In this document: positions 11,233 to 20,167 of the stretch, one piece after another
How the letters are laid out: every line of letters starts with the position of its first letter
Position numbering within the stretch: the first letter of the stretch is position 1
Origin: Entomortierella parvispora E1425
Lineage: Eukaryota; Fungi; Mortierellomycota
NCBI GenBank assembly: GCA_020891255.1
Contig: BQFW01000009.1
Span: forward strand, 434,001 to 498,000
Length of the DNA: 64,000 nucleotides
Direction: 5' to 3'
Notes under the pieces: model-generated
The model's database searches: none
Seen by the model: the letters and a program-made list of their open reading frames with translations, nothing else
Told to the model about the DNA's origin: nothing
Made by a program: the position numbers and the translations under genes

Positions 11233-12168
11233 ATGTCTAATGGACACTCCTCTGACGGACCTTCGGCTCAGATGGCCGCCGATCCCGTTCCCCTTGATGT
11301 CAGGATGGCCCAGCTGGAACAGCAGTTGGCCGCACTCATTGGCATCCACCAGAAGTCAACTGGTGACTTCGATCCCGAGCTCTTTCCCCTCCAGTCTACT
11401 CTCGGATACGTTCCCAACCAGAATTTCATCGACCTCACTACGTTCGGTTCTGGTTGTCTTCTCAAAACTCCATTTTGTTTGGCGCCGTTGGCCCCCTCTG
11501 AAAAAGCAGCTTTCGCAGCAAGAAGCCCTGCCATTGTTGGCTACGACTATTCCACCCCCGTGCCACCAGAGGGACTCTCCCTCCCTGCAGAGCTTAAAGC
11601 GCACGATAAGCAGCTGTCCGACATTCAGTTCCAACTGTCCCAAACAACCAAGTACTTGGATTATTTCATGGAACGTACGTCCCGGGTGCCTCAGGACCGT
11701 CTTCCTTTCCTCACGGTCATGGAACATCTTGCCGGCATCCGCCGCCTCCTGTCCGGTCAGGCTTCTGCGATCTCGCAAACCCGACTCGATAACATCGTCC
11801 GATGGGTCAACCCCAAGGTCAAGAACCCTCCCCAGGTATCCAGCGCCTCTGCGCCTTACTTGGTGGAGACCAAGGTCATGGCCGACCTCTTGGCAGTCAT
11901 GGAGACAAATACTCGCATTTGGCAGCCTCAAGCCAAGTCCTCAGAGCCGGGTTCATCCCGCAAAGGCCGTGCCAGGCCTAAGAAAAAGCCCCGTGGTCGT
12001 TCCCCCGAAGCTAAGACAACTCGTTCCGCGTCGTCCCAACCTCAGGCTCAGCCTGAAAAATCTTCGGAGCCGGTTTCATCGGGCACGACCAGATCTACGT
12101 CTTCAGGCCCTAAGGGCAAAGACAAGTCGGGTTTTTCTCGCCCTCCTCCTCAGAGCCGGACCCAATAG
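11233..12168 (+). CDS. gag: DIRS ORF1, Gag-like (311 aa)
   Basis: First long ORF of the element, upstream of and overlapping pol, with a basic low-complexity C-terminus. Assigned mainly by position. Confidence 0.7.
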   Translation: MSNGHSSDGPSAQMAADPVPLDVRMAQLEQQLAALIGIHQKSTGDFDPELFPLQSTLGYVPNQNFIDLTTFGSGCLLKTPFCLAPLAPSEKAAFAARSPAIVGYDYSTPVPPEGLSLPAELKAHDKQLSDIQFQLSQTTKYLDYFMERTSRVPQDRLPFLTVMEHLAGIRRLLSGQASAISQTRLDNIVRWVNPKVKNPPQVSSASAPYLVETKVMADLLAVMETNTRIWQPQAKSSEPGSSRKGRARPKKKPRGRSPEAKTTRSASSQPQAQPEKSSEPVSSGTTRSTSSGPKGKDKSGFSRPPPQSRTQ

Positions 12169-15100
12169 GAGGGCGGTTAGCACGTTTCCGGTCAGCCTGG
12201 CGGCGTCTCACGGACGAGCGCTGGGTTCGCTCGACGATCGAGAAGGGGTTCAAGATTCCCCTGACCTCGATCCCACCAGTGTCAGCGACAAAGACAGTCT
12301 CGTACCCACTGTCTCTCGAGGCCCAAGCAGCCTTGGACGAGGAGGTCCTGCAACTCCTCACCAAACAAGCAATCGAGGAAGTCTCCCCATCGGAGGAGGG
12401 ACATCGGTCCCCCCTTTTCGTGATAGCCAAATCGAATGGCAAACTTCGCCCAGTCTTAAATCTACGACAGGTAAACTCCCATCTTCCACGCCACCGCTTC
12501 AAGATGGAGTCGGTACAACAAGTTTGCCGTATGATTCGGCGCAAGGATTGGTTGACATCCATCGATCTAACGGACGCGTTTCTTCACATTCTCGTCCATC
12601 AGGCGTCCCGCAAGCTCCTTCAGTTCGATTGGGGTGGCCGTCGTTTTCAGTTCCGAGTCCTCCCTTTTGGCTTGTCCCTAAGCCCATGGGTCTTTACGAA
12701 GATCCTTCGCCCAGTCATCAGATGGGCGAGATCGGTGGGCATCCGTCTCTCCCCGTACTTGGACGACATCCTCTTGGCAGCGTCTTCCAAGACCTTGGCT
12801 CGGGCCCAGGCCCAACAGGTCCGAGCGAAGCTAGAGAGCCTGGGTTATCGGATCAACCTCGATGTAACAGGAATACGGTGACATCACGCGATGTGTACCT
12901 ACAAAAGCTAGAAACTTGCAATATAATAAAACTCACTTCTTGTCTCCACTCCACCCTCGATACTCCTATTGCATGGTAGCAAAGGTTTTCGATCCACTGA
13001 CCTCACTGACCCACTGACCCTCCGACACACTTACACCCTGGACCCCCTCGTATCCCTCTTCGATCAACTCTCCCTCGACAATTCACCCAACATGGACCCC
13101 GCGACACCGTCATTCAAATTCCCTCATCCAACACCGTTCAACGGCAAGCGCGACGGATTCTCTGTTCTCGGTTTTCTGAAACGCATGACCTTTTTCTTCG
13201 ATGGCGCTGGAATTGCCGAACCTCGCAAGGTCGGGGTTACCCTTGCCTTTGCCGGCGATGAGGTTATCGGCTGGTGGGCACTCTTAAACAAGCCATCCGA
13301 CACCTCATTCCCGGATTTCAGCGAGCTCCTTGCCACCGAGTTCAGTCCTGCGAAGTTTAAGGAGCACATTCTCGCCCTCACAATGCAAATGAAAATGACA
13401 CTACCATTGAACATCTCCAACGTCATGGCCTATATTACCAAAGCCCGTGAATACCACCTGCTCCTCCAGTCTTACTACGCCGACAACGCAGTTCTCAACG
13501 ATACTATCCGTACTGCCTTTCTCAGTGGTGCACCTACTCAGCTTCGCCAGATGCTGGAAGTGGCCATTGTTAATGCAGGCAACGACACCATAGATCTGCC
13601 CAGACTCTTTAAGGCCGCGGAGGAGTTCGGTCGTATCTTCCACACTGAAGACCCATCACTCGGTGCCAAAGCACTGGCTGCCTCGGGATCCTCTGCTGGT
13701 ATCACCGACCCCAACGCAATGGAAGTGGACAATATTCATATCCAACTCAACAATATCCACAAGCAACTCGGCACCCTTCACCGCTCCTTACAGAACCGCC
13801 CCACCAACGGTACTAACAACCCTTCTCGAGATCGCCCCGCACCCCTGACCGCCGCCGACCGAGAGTACCTTGTACGTAACGGTGGCTGCTTCCGCTGCCG
13901 CGAATTGGGTCACATCAGTCCCAATTGCCCTAAGTACGGCAACGGCAGCCGAGGAATTAATCAAGTAACCGCGGGTGAATCCCCTGATTCGGGAAAAGCC
14001 TCCGGCAACTAGGGTCGGTCCGGACCCCAGTTGTCGAAACTGTAGCCAACAACCCTGAGCTAAGTACCTCAAATAAAACTTCACTTGATTCTACACCTCA
14101 GAAACATGACTCCAATCATGACAAGCGAACTCACATCCACGATGCTCTGGTTGTTCTATCGGACCGAAACCAAAACCAAACCAAAAAACCTGTTGCCTCG
14201 CCCGCTCCAGTTGCCCTGTCCGCTCCTCTACCTAGATCCTCCGATACAGATGAACCGGACCCTCTCGCTGTACCGCCGGCACCTAGTGTACCTCTGTCCA
14301 AAAGTCAGTTGAAGAAGTTGAAGCGTCGTGCGATTCGCCTACACGAATTCACTGTCCAAAAGGCAGAGAGCCAACTGCTCACTTTCATCGGTTCTGTCAA
14401 TGGCCACGCTGCCAGAATCCTGATTGATGGTGGTGCAGAAGGTAATATTATCAGTTCGTCTTTTCAAAAGCGACACCAGCTCCTCCGCACTGAATGCTTG
14501 CCCATCCCCATCCTCCTCCCCAATGGCTCTTCCTCCCTCACATCACACACCGTCCCCATCACCCTCAACCGCAGCGACTACTCCGATTCGCTCAACCCTA
14601 TTCTCTATCCTCTCAACAAATACGACCTCATCCTTGGCAAACCCTGGCTCACCAAAGTTAACCCTTGCATCAATTGGCGCACCAACGATCTTCATTTCAC
14701 TCACAATGGAATCGATGTCAAATGGAGCTGCCGCGGCTTCAAGGCCGATCACATCCAAAGCCGCACCAAAGGACTCCTCCTCACACACATGCACTTTCAT
14801 TCCATGGCAACCCTGCCCGGCTCGGAGGTGTTCCTGGCCCTTATTCGCAACACCCCAGAGCCCTCTGAAGAAACTGACCAACCGCGTACAATTCCCGATA
14901 TGACCCCAGAGGTGCGGTCCATTGTCATGGAAGAGTTCGCTGATGTCTTTCCGGAGAAACTCCCGGACGGCCTGCCCCTAGACCGTGGTGATGCTATGAA
15001 GATCGAGACCGACCCGACAGCCGACCCACCCTTCCGCCCTGTCATTAGACTTTCAATCGCCGAGCTTGACGAACTTCGCAAACAACTGGACCAATTGCTA

Positions 15101-18100
15101 GCAGCAGGTTTTATCAAACCCAGTACCTCTCCCTATGGCGCCCCCGTGCTCTTTGTGCGGAAGAAGGACGGCACACTCCGAATGTGCGTCGACTACCGTG
15201 GCCTCAACAAGATCACCAGGAAGAACAGACACCCGTTGCCCCGTATCGACGAGCTACTTGACCGCTTCCGTGGAGCACGCTATTACTCCAAGTTGGACTT
15301 GTTATCCGGTTATCATCAGCAGCGTATCTTTGAACCACACACACACAAGACTGCCTTCCGTTGTCGCTATGGTCACTTTGAGTTCAATGTTGTTCCCTTT
15401 GGCCTTACTAACGCTCCTGCTTCGTTCCCCAATATGATGTTGCGAGTACTCGATCCAGTCTTGGACAAATGGGTTGTCGTGTATCTCGACGATCTGTTGA
15501 TCTACTCCAAGACAAAGAAAGAACACCTGCAGCATCTCCGAAGCGTCCTGGCTCTCCTCCGCAAGAATGGTCTGTACGCGAAATTGAGCAAGTGCTCCTT
15601 CATGCAAGACGAAACTGAATTTTTGGGCCACACCATCACCAAGGACGGGATCAAAACATCGGCCGGGCTCAGCAAAGCCATCAGTGACTGGCCCACCCCC
15701 AAGAGCACAAAGGACGTCCAGCAATTTTTGGGGCTTGCGCAATTTTATCAACAGTACGTATCGGGCTTTGCAGGGATTGCCCTCCCTCTCTCTTCCCTCC
15801 TCGCCAACAACACTCCCTTCAAATGGACCGACGAACAACAATCTGCATTCCTTCAGCTCAAACGCGCCATCTGCTCCGCCCCCGTCCTCCGCATCTTCGA
15901 CCCTGATCTCTCACCTTTGTCGAAACAGATGCATCCGGTTTCGCCATCGGTGCAGTGCTGCTGCAGACTGACCGGGAAGGGAATACCCATCCCATCGCAT
16001 TCACTTCCAGGAAAAATGCAGTCAGCTGAGCGGAACTACCCTGTCCATGAGCAGGAACTGTTGGCTGTCATCCATGCGCTCCGCACTTGGCGCTACTACC
16101 TCGATGGAACCAAGTTCAGCGTCCACACCGACCACGCCACCCTCCGCCACTTCCCCACACAGCCCAAACTCACTCGTCGACAGGCTCGCTGGATGGAGTT
16201 GCTTCAGGAATACGACTTTGACTTCAAGTACAAGCGAGGAGTTGACAACATCGTCCCAGACGCTCTCTCCCGACGACCGGACTACCGCGAGCCTGACCCT
16301 GTTGAGCTATACAACCTCAGCGTCTCCCTGTCCCCGGACGTCCGTGACCAGCTTGTCCAGGACTACAACGACGATCCTCGACTTGGACCCATCTACAAGG
16401 ATTGCCTGGATGGGAAGGTTGCCAATGGATATTCATTCCAGAACAACCTCCTCTACTTTACCCGACGTGGAGCAACCACCCTGGCCATCCCTCGGCACTC
16501 CCCGATCCGCCTCACTCTCTTGCACGACGCTCACGACTCTGCCACTGCTGGACACTTTGGTTTTCAAAAGACTTACGACAACCTGCGCCGTTTCGTATAT
16601 TGGCCCCACATCGCCAAGGATACCCAGCAGTATGTAGCAACCTGCGAGAAGTGTCAAAGGAACAAGGACTCACAGGATCGACCAGCTGGACTCTTGCAAC
16701 CGCTACCCATTCCTTCGCAACGTTGGGAGGTAGTCACCATGGACTTCATCGGCCCTCTTCCGCCCACAGCTAGAAATTTTGACGCCATCACAGTGTTTGT
16801 CGACAAGCTGACCAAGCAAGCTCACTTCGTCCCCAGTACTACCTCTGCCACAGCCGTCGACGTCGCCCACCAGTTTTTTGACAACATCTTCAAGCTGCAT
16901 GGCACACCAACATCCATCATCTCGGACCGCGACACTCGATTCACTAGTAGATTCTGGCAAGAGTTGCACAGGCTAATGGATGTCAAACTTGCACTGTCAA
17001 CCGCCTACCACCCACAGACGGATGGGCAGACAGAGGTTATGAACAAGACGCTGAAGACTATGTTGAGAGCGTTTATTGACAACAAGCAGTCTAACTGGGA
17101 CCAGCTCCTTCCGTCACTGGAATTCGCCTATAACAACGCTGTCAATGCATCCACGGGATACTCGCCGTTCTTCCTCAACTCTGGCCAGCACCCTCGTCTC
17201 CCCACCGCTCTCCTCGGTAAACCCAGCAGCTCAGTCCCCACTGTCGATACCTTCCTGACTGAGCAGGCGACCACCCTTGCCCTGGCCCAGGATGCTCTGC
17301 AGCGTGCTCAGGATCATCAGGAGCAACAGGCAAACAAGCGACGACGGGATCACAAGTACAAGGTTGGCGATAAGGTCCTGCTGCGTGCCACCAATATCAC
17401 CATCCCTGCCGACAGTATCAGACCAGCCGATAAACTTCGACCTCAATTCCTTGGCCCGTTCACACTTTTGGAGCAACACTCACCTGTCACCTTCCGCGTC
17501 GAGCTGCCACCATTCTACAAAATCCATGACGTCTTCCACGTTGATACCTTTCGACCCTATTTGCCGTCCCCGGAGTCACTCGGCATTCGAGCTCCTGCCC
17601 CCGTGGATCCCACTGTAATTGACGGCGAAGAGGAGTATGAAGTGGACGAAATTTTAAAGTACCGCTTCTACCGCAGACAACACCAGTTCCTAGTGTCATT
17701 CAAAGGCTACGGCAGAGAAGCTGACGAATGGCTCCCAGTAAGCAACTTGGACAACTGCATGGACTTGGTCACAACCTTCAAAGAGCAGCACGGTATCATT
17801 TTTTAAAAGGGGAAGGTGTAACAGGAATACGGTGACATCACGCGATGTGTACCTACAAAAGCTAGAAACTTGCAATATAATAAAACTCACTTCTTGTCTC
17901 CACTCCACCCTCGATACTCCTATTGCACTCGACAAGTCCGTTTTCAAACCGACTCAGGTTATCAAACATCTCGGCTTCTTCATCAACACCCGCAAGATGA
18001 CCCTGTCCCTTCCCAAGGACAAGGTGCGGGATCTTCGTCGGGCAGCTCTACACCTGTTCCAGTCAACGCTGGTCCCTCTGCGTCGATTGGCCTCCTTTTT

Positions 18101-19115
18101 GGGCAAGGCCCAAGCCGCGGTTTTAGCGGTCCTGCCCGCTCGTTTGCAGACCCGCCGCCTCTTGTCCTGCAAGGACACTGCTCTCGCTTCAGGGAAAACA
18201 TGGAGCGACTCCACCACCCTAACTCCGGGAGCCAGAGAGGACCTGGAGTGGTGGTGCGACCACCTAAGGAGCTGGACAGGACAGTCTTTCCTTCCACAAC
18301 ACCCGGACGTGGAGCTCTTCACGGATGCGAGCGACTGGGGTTGGGGCATTGTGACAGCGACCGAGACCTTATCAGGACCGTGGTCGACAAAGGAAAGACT
18401 CCAGTCTATCAACTGGCGGGAACTGCACACAGTCTGGAGAGCGATTCAGGATCCAGACATCAAGGGCAAGGTAGTACGAGTTCATTCCGACTCGACAACC
18501 ACGTTGTCCTACATCACCAAGTTCGGGGGAACACGTTCATCCCCCCTGATGGATCTGGCTCGTCTCATTTGGGATTACTGTCTGGGGACAGGAACCCGAA
18601 TCATGACGACATTCATCCAGTCCGAGGACAACCCTGCGGACATCCCATCGCGCAACCTGTGGCTCCAGACAGAGTGGTCACTCAGTCGCACCTCCTTCCA
18701 GCGGATCGATCAGCAGTTGGGTCCCCACTCCATCGATCTCTTTGCGAGTCGGGAGAACCACCAGCTCCCGAGATTCGCGACGTGGCAATGGGATCCCCAG
18801 GCAGTGGCGACGGACGCCCTCTCGATCCCATGGAAGCACGAGAGGATCTTCGCCTGCCCCCCGTGGGCGATGATATCGCACACCCTGTCCAAGATGCAGC
18901 GGGAGAGAGTCTCAGGCACCCTAGTCACTCCCCTGTGGCACTCGGCGATCTGGTACCCGACCCTCCTGGACCTACAGGTCGGTCCACCGCTCATTCTCCC
19001 AAAGGAAGAAGGACACGCCTTTTTTCCCGACGGGAATCCTCTGCCCTGGACGTTGGCGGCGTGGAAGCTCAACGCCAACGCATCGAGGGTCAAGGCGCGT
19101 CACCGGCTACTGTGA
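12114..19115 (+). CDS. pol: DIRS pol: reverse transcriptase, RNase H and adenine-methyltransferase-like domain; split by the Gypsy (pieces 12114-12862 and 17933-19115)
   Basis: PIGGRL..F..W, GFKIP, SIDLTDAF, VLPFGLSLSP and YLDD. The rejoined junction reads INLD|KSVF. RNase H motifs FTDAS, RELH, SDS and PAD. MT-like motifs DLFAS and CPPW. Confidence 0.93.
12863..12973 (+). repeat. Gypsy 5' LTR (111 bp)
   Basis: TGTAACAGG...TATTGCA, identical to 17817-17927, and contains AATAAA. Confidence 0.96.
12974..12984 (+). promoter_or_regulatory. Primer-binding site, probably for initiator tRNA-Met
   Basis: TGGTAGCAAAG directly follows the LTR. TGGTAGC is complementary to the 3' end typical of tRNA-iMet; the host tRNA sequence was not checked. 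Confidence 0.6.
13092..14012 (+). CDS. gag: Gypsy Gag with CCHC zinc knuckle
   Basis: PTPFNGKRD capsid-like start and CFRCRELGHISPNC knuckle. The first in-frame ATG downstream of the LTR and PBS is at 13092. Confidence 0.9.
   Translation: MDPATPSFKFPHPTPFNGKRDGFSVLGFLKRMTFFFDGAGIAEPRKVGVTLAFAGDEVIGWWALLNKPSDTSFPDFSELLATEFSPAKFKEHILALTMQMKMTLPLNISNVMAYITKAREYHLLLQSYYADNAVLNDTIRTAFLSGAPTQLRQMLEVAIVNAGNDTIDLPRLFKAAEEFGRIFHTEDPSLGAKALAASGSSAGITDPNAMEVDNIHIQLNNIHKQLGTLHRSLQNRPTNGTNNPSRDRPAPLTAADREYLVRNGGCFRCRELGHISPNCPKYGNGSRGINQVTAGESPDSGKASGN
13988..17806 (+). CDS. pol: Gypsy Pol (protease, RT, RNase H, integrase, chromodomain), reached by -1 frameshift; carries a compensated internal frameshift
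   Basis: The frame is open from 13988. Motifs: ILIDGGAEGN, YLDD, HHCC zinc finger, DDE (MDFI, SDRD, QTE), GPF, and chromodomain EEEYEVDEIL...WLPVSNL. Confidence 0.93.
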   Translation, partial: FGKSLRQLGSVRTPVVETVANNPELSTSNKTSLDSTPQKHDSNHDKRTHIHDALVVLSDRNQNQTKKPVASPAPVALSAPLPRSSDTDEPDPLAVPPAPSVPLSKSQLKKLKRRAIRLHEFTVQKAESQLLTFIGSVNGHAARILIDGGAEGNIISSSFQKRHQLLRTECLPIPILLPNGSSSLTSHTVPITLNRSDYSDSLNPILYPLNKYDLILGKPWLTKVNPCINWRTNDLHFTHNGIDVKWSCRGFKADHIQSRTKGLLLTHMHFHSMATLPGSEVFLALIRNTPEPSEETDQPRTIPDMTPEVRSIVMEEFADVFPEKLPDGLPLDRGDAMKIETDPTADPPFRPVIRLSIAELDELRKQLDQLLAAGFIKPSTSPYGAPVLFVRKKDGTLRMCVDYRGLNKITRKNRHPLPRIDELLDRFRGARYYSKLDLLSGYHQQRIFEPHTHKTAFRCRYGHFEFNVVPFGLTNAPASFPNMMLRVLDPVLDKWVVVYLDDLLIYSKTKKEHLQHLRSVLALLRKNGLYAKLSKCSFMQDETEFLGHTITKDGIKTSAGLSKAISDWPTPKSTKDVQQFLGLAQFYQQYVSGFAGIALPLSSLLANNTPFKWTDEQQSAFLQLKRAICSAPVLRIFDPDLSPLSKQMHPVSPSVQCCCRLTGKGIPIPSHSLPGKMQSAERNYPVHEQELLAVIHALRTWRYYLDGTKFSVHTDHATLRHFPTQPKLTRRQARWMELLQEYDFDFKYKRGVDNIVPDALSRRPDYREPDPVELYNLSVSLSPDVRDQLVQDYNDDPRLGPIYKDCLDGKVANGYSFQNNLLYFTRRGATTLAIPRHSPIRLTLLHDAHDSATAGHFGFQKTYDNLRRFVYWPHIAKDTQQYVATCEKCQRNKDSQDRPAGLLQPLPIPSQRWEVVTMDFIGPLPPTARNFDAITVFVDKLTKQAHFVPSTTSATAVDVAHQFFDNIFKLHGTPTSIISDRDTRFTSRFWQELHRLMDVKLALSTAYHPQTDGQTEVMNKTLKTMLRAFIDNKQSNWDQLLPSLEFAYNNAVNASTGYSPFFLNSGQHPRLPTALLGKPSSSVPTVDTFLTEQATTLALAQDALQRAQDHQEQQANKRRRDHKYKVGDKVLLRATNITIPADSIRPADKLRPQFLGPFTLLEQHSPVTFRVELPPFYKIHDVFHVDTFRPYLPSPESLGIRAPAPVDPTVIDGEEEYEVDEILKYRFYRRQHQFLVSFKGYGREADEWLPVSNLDNCMDLVTTFKEQHGIIF
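17805..17816 (+). promoter_or_regulatory. Polypurine tract
   Basis: AAAAGGGGAAGG lies immediately before the 3' LTR. Confidence 0.85.
17817..17927 (+). repeat. Gypsy 3' LTR (111 bp)
   Basis: Identical to 12863-12973 and followed by the TSD CTCGA. Confidence 0.96.
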
Positions 19116-20071
19116 CCATTTTTTCACAGTCAGCTCTCGCTCGCTCTCGAGCAAAGTCCTACAGCTCCCCCCAGAGGGCCTGGATCGCGTATTGCTCGGA
19201 CCAGGGCCTCGATGCTCAAGCCCCGTCCCCCTTCCAGGTCTTGAACTACCTTTCGGAGCAGATCACGACCAAGAAATGGTCTCTGGGCACAGTCAATGCC
19301 CATAGATCGAGTATCCTCAACATGCTCTCTAATCGAGATCTGATCTGGGCGAACCCCTTCTTCAAGGAGTTCTTTTTGCATTTGAGCAGCGATCAAATCC
19401 GTGACCACACCAACAGCCCTGTCGATGTTTCTCCAGTCCTCGAGTTCTTCACCAATTTGGGTCCGAACGATGGCCTCAAGGACGACCTATTGGTGCCCAA
19501 ACTTTGTTGGTTGTTGGCGGTCTGCGGTTTCATGCGCCCATCAGATATTGCCCGCATTGACTTGGCTCACAGCCAGGTCCTCTCCTCGGGGGCTTTGGAG
19601 CTCCAAGTCCTGGGCCCCAAGGAGAAAAGACAGAATTGTCCAATCATCAAGTCTGTCTTCATTCATCCCCACGACAACCCCCTTTTTTGTCCTGTCGAGG
19701 CGTACAAGTCTTATGTTGCACGCCTAGAGGGTTCGTCAGTCAAACCCGTGAAGCATCCTCGCATCAATCGGGAATACTTACCGTTGATTCGACACATTCG
19801 TATGGGGGACAGGGTGGTCGGTTCTCAGACCATTAGCCGCCATATCAAGAATGTCTCTTCTCGGATCCCTCGTCAAGAAGGTAGCTCAATGCCATCCGGT
19901 CGCTCCATTGGCTCATCTCTGGCAGTAGAGCACGGTGCATCCGTCGACGAAGTGCAGGCCCAAGGGTTTTGGGCACACTCAGCGACGTTCGATGCCTTTT
20001 ATCGGCTTTCCAAGCGGACCACGACGAATTTGACTAAAGTCACTCTTACTGGTCCTGTCTCTTTGGAGTAA
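17933..20071 (+). CDS. DIRS tyrosine recombinase; catalytic domain ~19100-20068, with the frame open back to ATG 11162 once the Gypsy is removed
   Basis: WIAYC/LNYLS N-terminal domain, FMRPSDIAR, GPKEK, FCPVEAY, SGRSIG, GFW and TFDAFY. Stop at 20069-20071. Confidence 0.92.
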   Translation, partial: QVRFQTDSGYQTSRLLHQHPQDDPVPSQGQGAGSSSGSSTPVPVNAGPSASIGLLFGQGPSRGFSGPARSFADPPPLVLQGHCSRFRENMERLHHPNSGSQRGPGVVVRPPKELDRTVFPSTTPGRGALHGCERLGLGHCDSDRDLIRTVVDKGKTPVYQLAGTAHSLESDSGSRHQGQGSTSSFRLDNHVVLHHQVRGNTFIPPDGSGSSHLGLLSGDRNPNHDDIHPVRGQPCGHPIAQPVAPDRVVTQSHLLPADRSAVGSPLHRSLCESGEPPAPEIRDVAMGSPGSGDGRPLDPMEAREDLRLPPVGDDIAHPVQDAAGESLRHPSHSPVALGDLVPDPPGPTGRSTAHSPKGRRTRLFSRRESSALDVGGVEAQRQRIEGQGASPATVTIFSQSALARSRAKSYSSPQRAWIAYCSDQGLDAQAPSPFQVLNYLSEQITTKKWSLGTVNAHRSSILNMLSNRDLIWANPFFKEFFLHLSSDQIRDHTNSPVDVSPVLEFFTNLGPNDGLKDDLLVPKLCWLLAVCGFMRPSDIARIDLAHSQVLSSGALELQVLGPKEKRQNCPIIKSVFIHPHDNPLFCPVEAYKSYVARLEGSSVKPVKHPRINREYLPLIRHIRMGDRVVGSQTISRHIKNVSSRIPRQEGSSMPSGRSIGSSLAVEHGASVDEVQAQGFWAHSATFDAFYRLSKRTTTNLTKVTLTGPVSLE

Positions 20072-20167
20072 CAATATGTGATTGCTCCGAAGTAGAATGC
20101 CCTCTTTTGGTCGAGGGGTCTCCCCGAAGGCCATTCTACATTCTGCGAGGAGCAATCTCATATTGTT
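20070..20167 (-). repeat. DIRS internal complementary region (ICR)
   Basis: 20070-20097 is the exact reverse complement of the left terminus 11070-11097. 20098-20167 is the exact reverse complement of the right terminus 20298-20367. Confidence 0.95.

Larger units (their letters stand above)
12863..17927 (+). mobile_element. Ty3/Gypsy LTR retrotransposon (chromovirus), 5065 bp, nested in the DIRS RT gene
   Basis: Identical TG...CA LTRs, 5-bp TSD CTCGA (12858-12862 and 17928-17932), PBS, PPT, and gag plus PR-RT-RH-INT-chromodomain. Confidence 0.97.
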
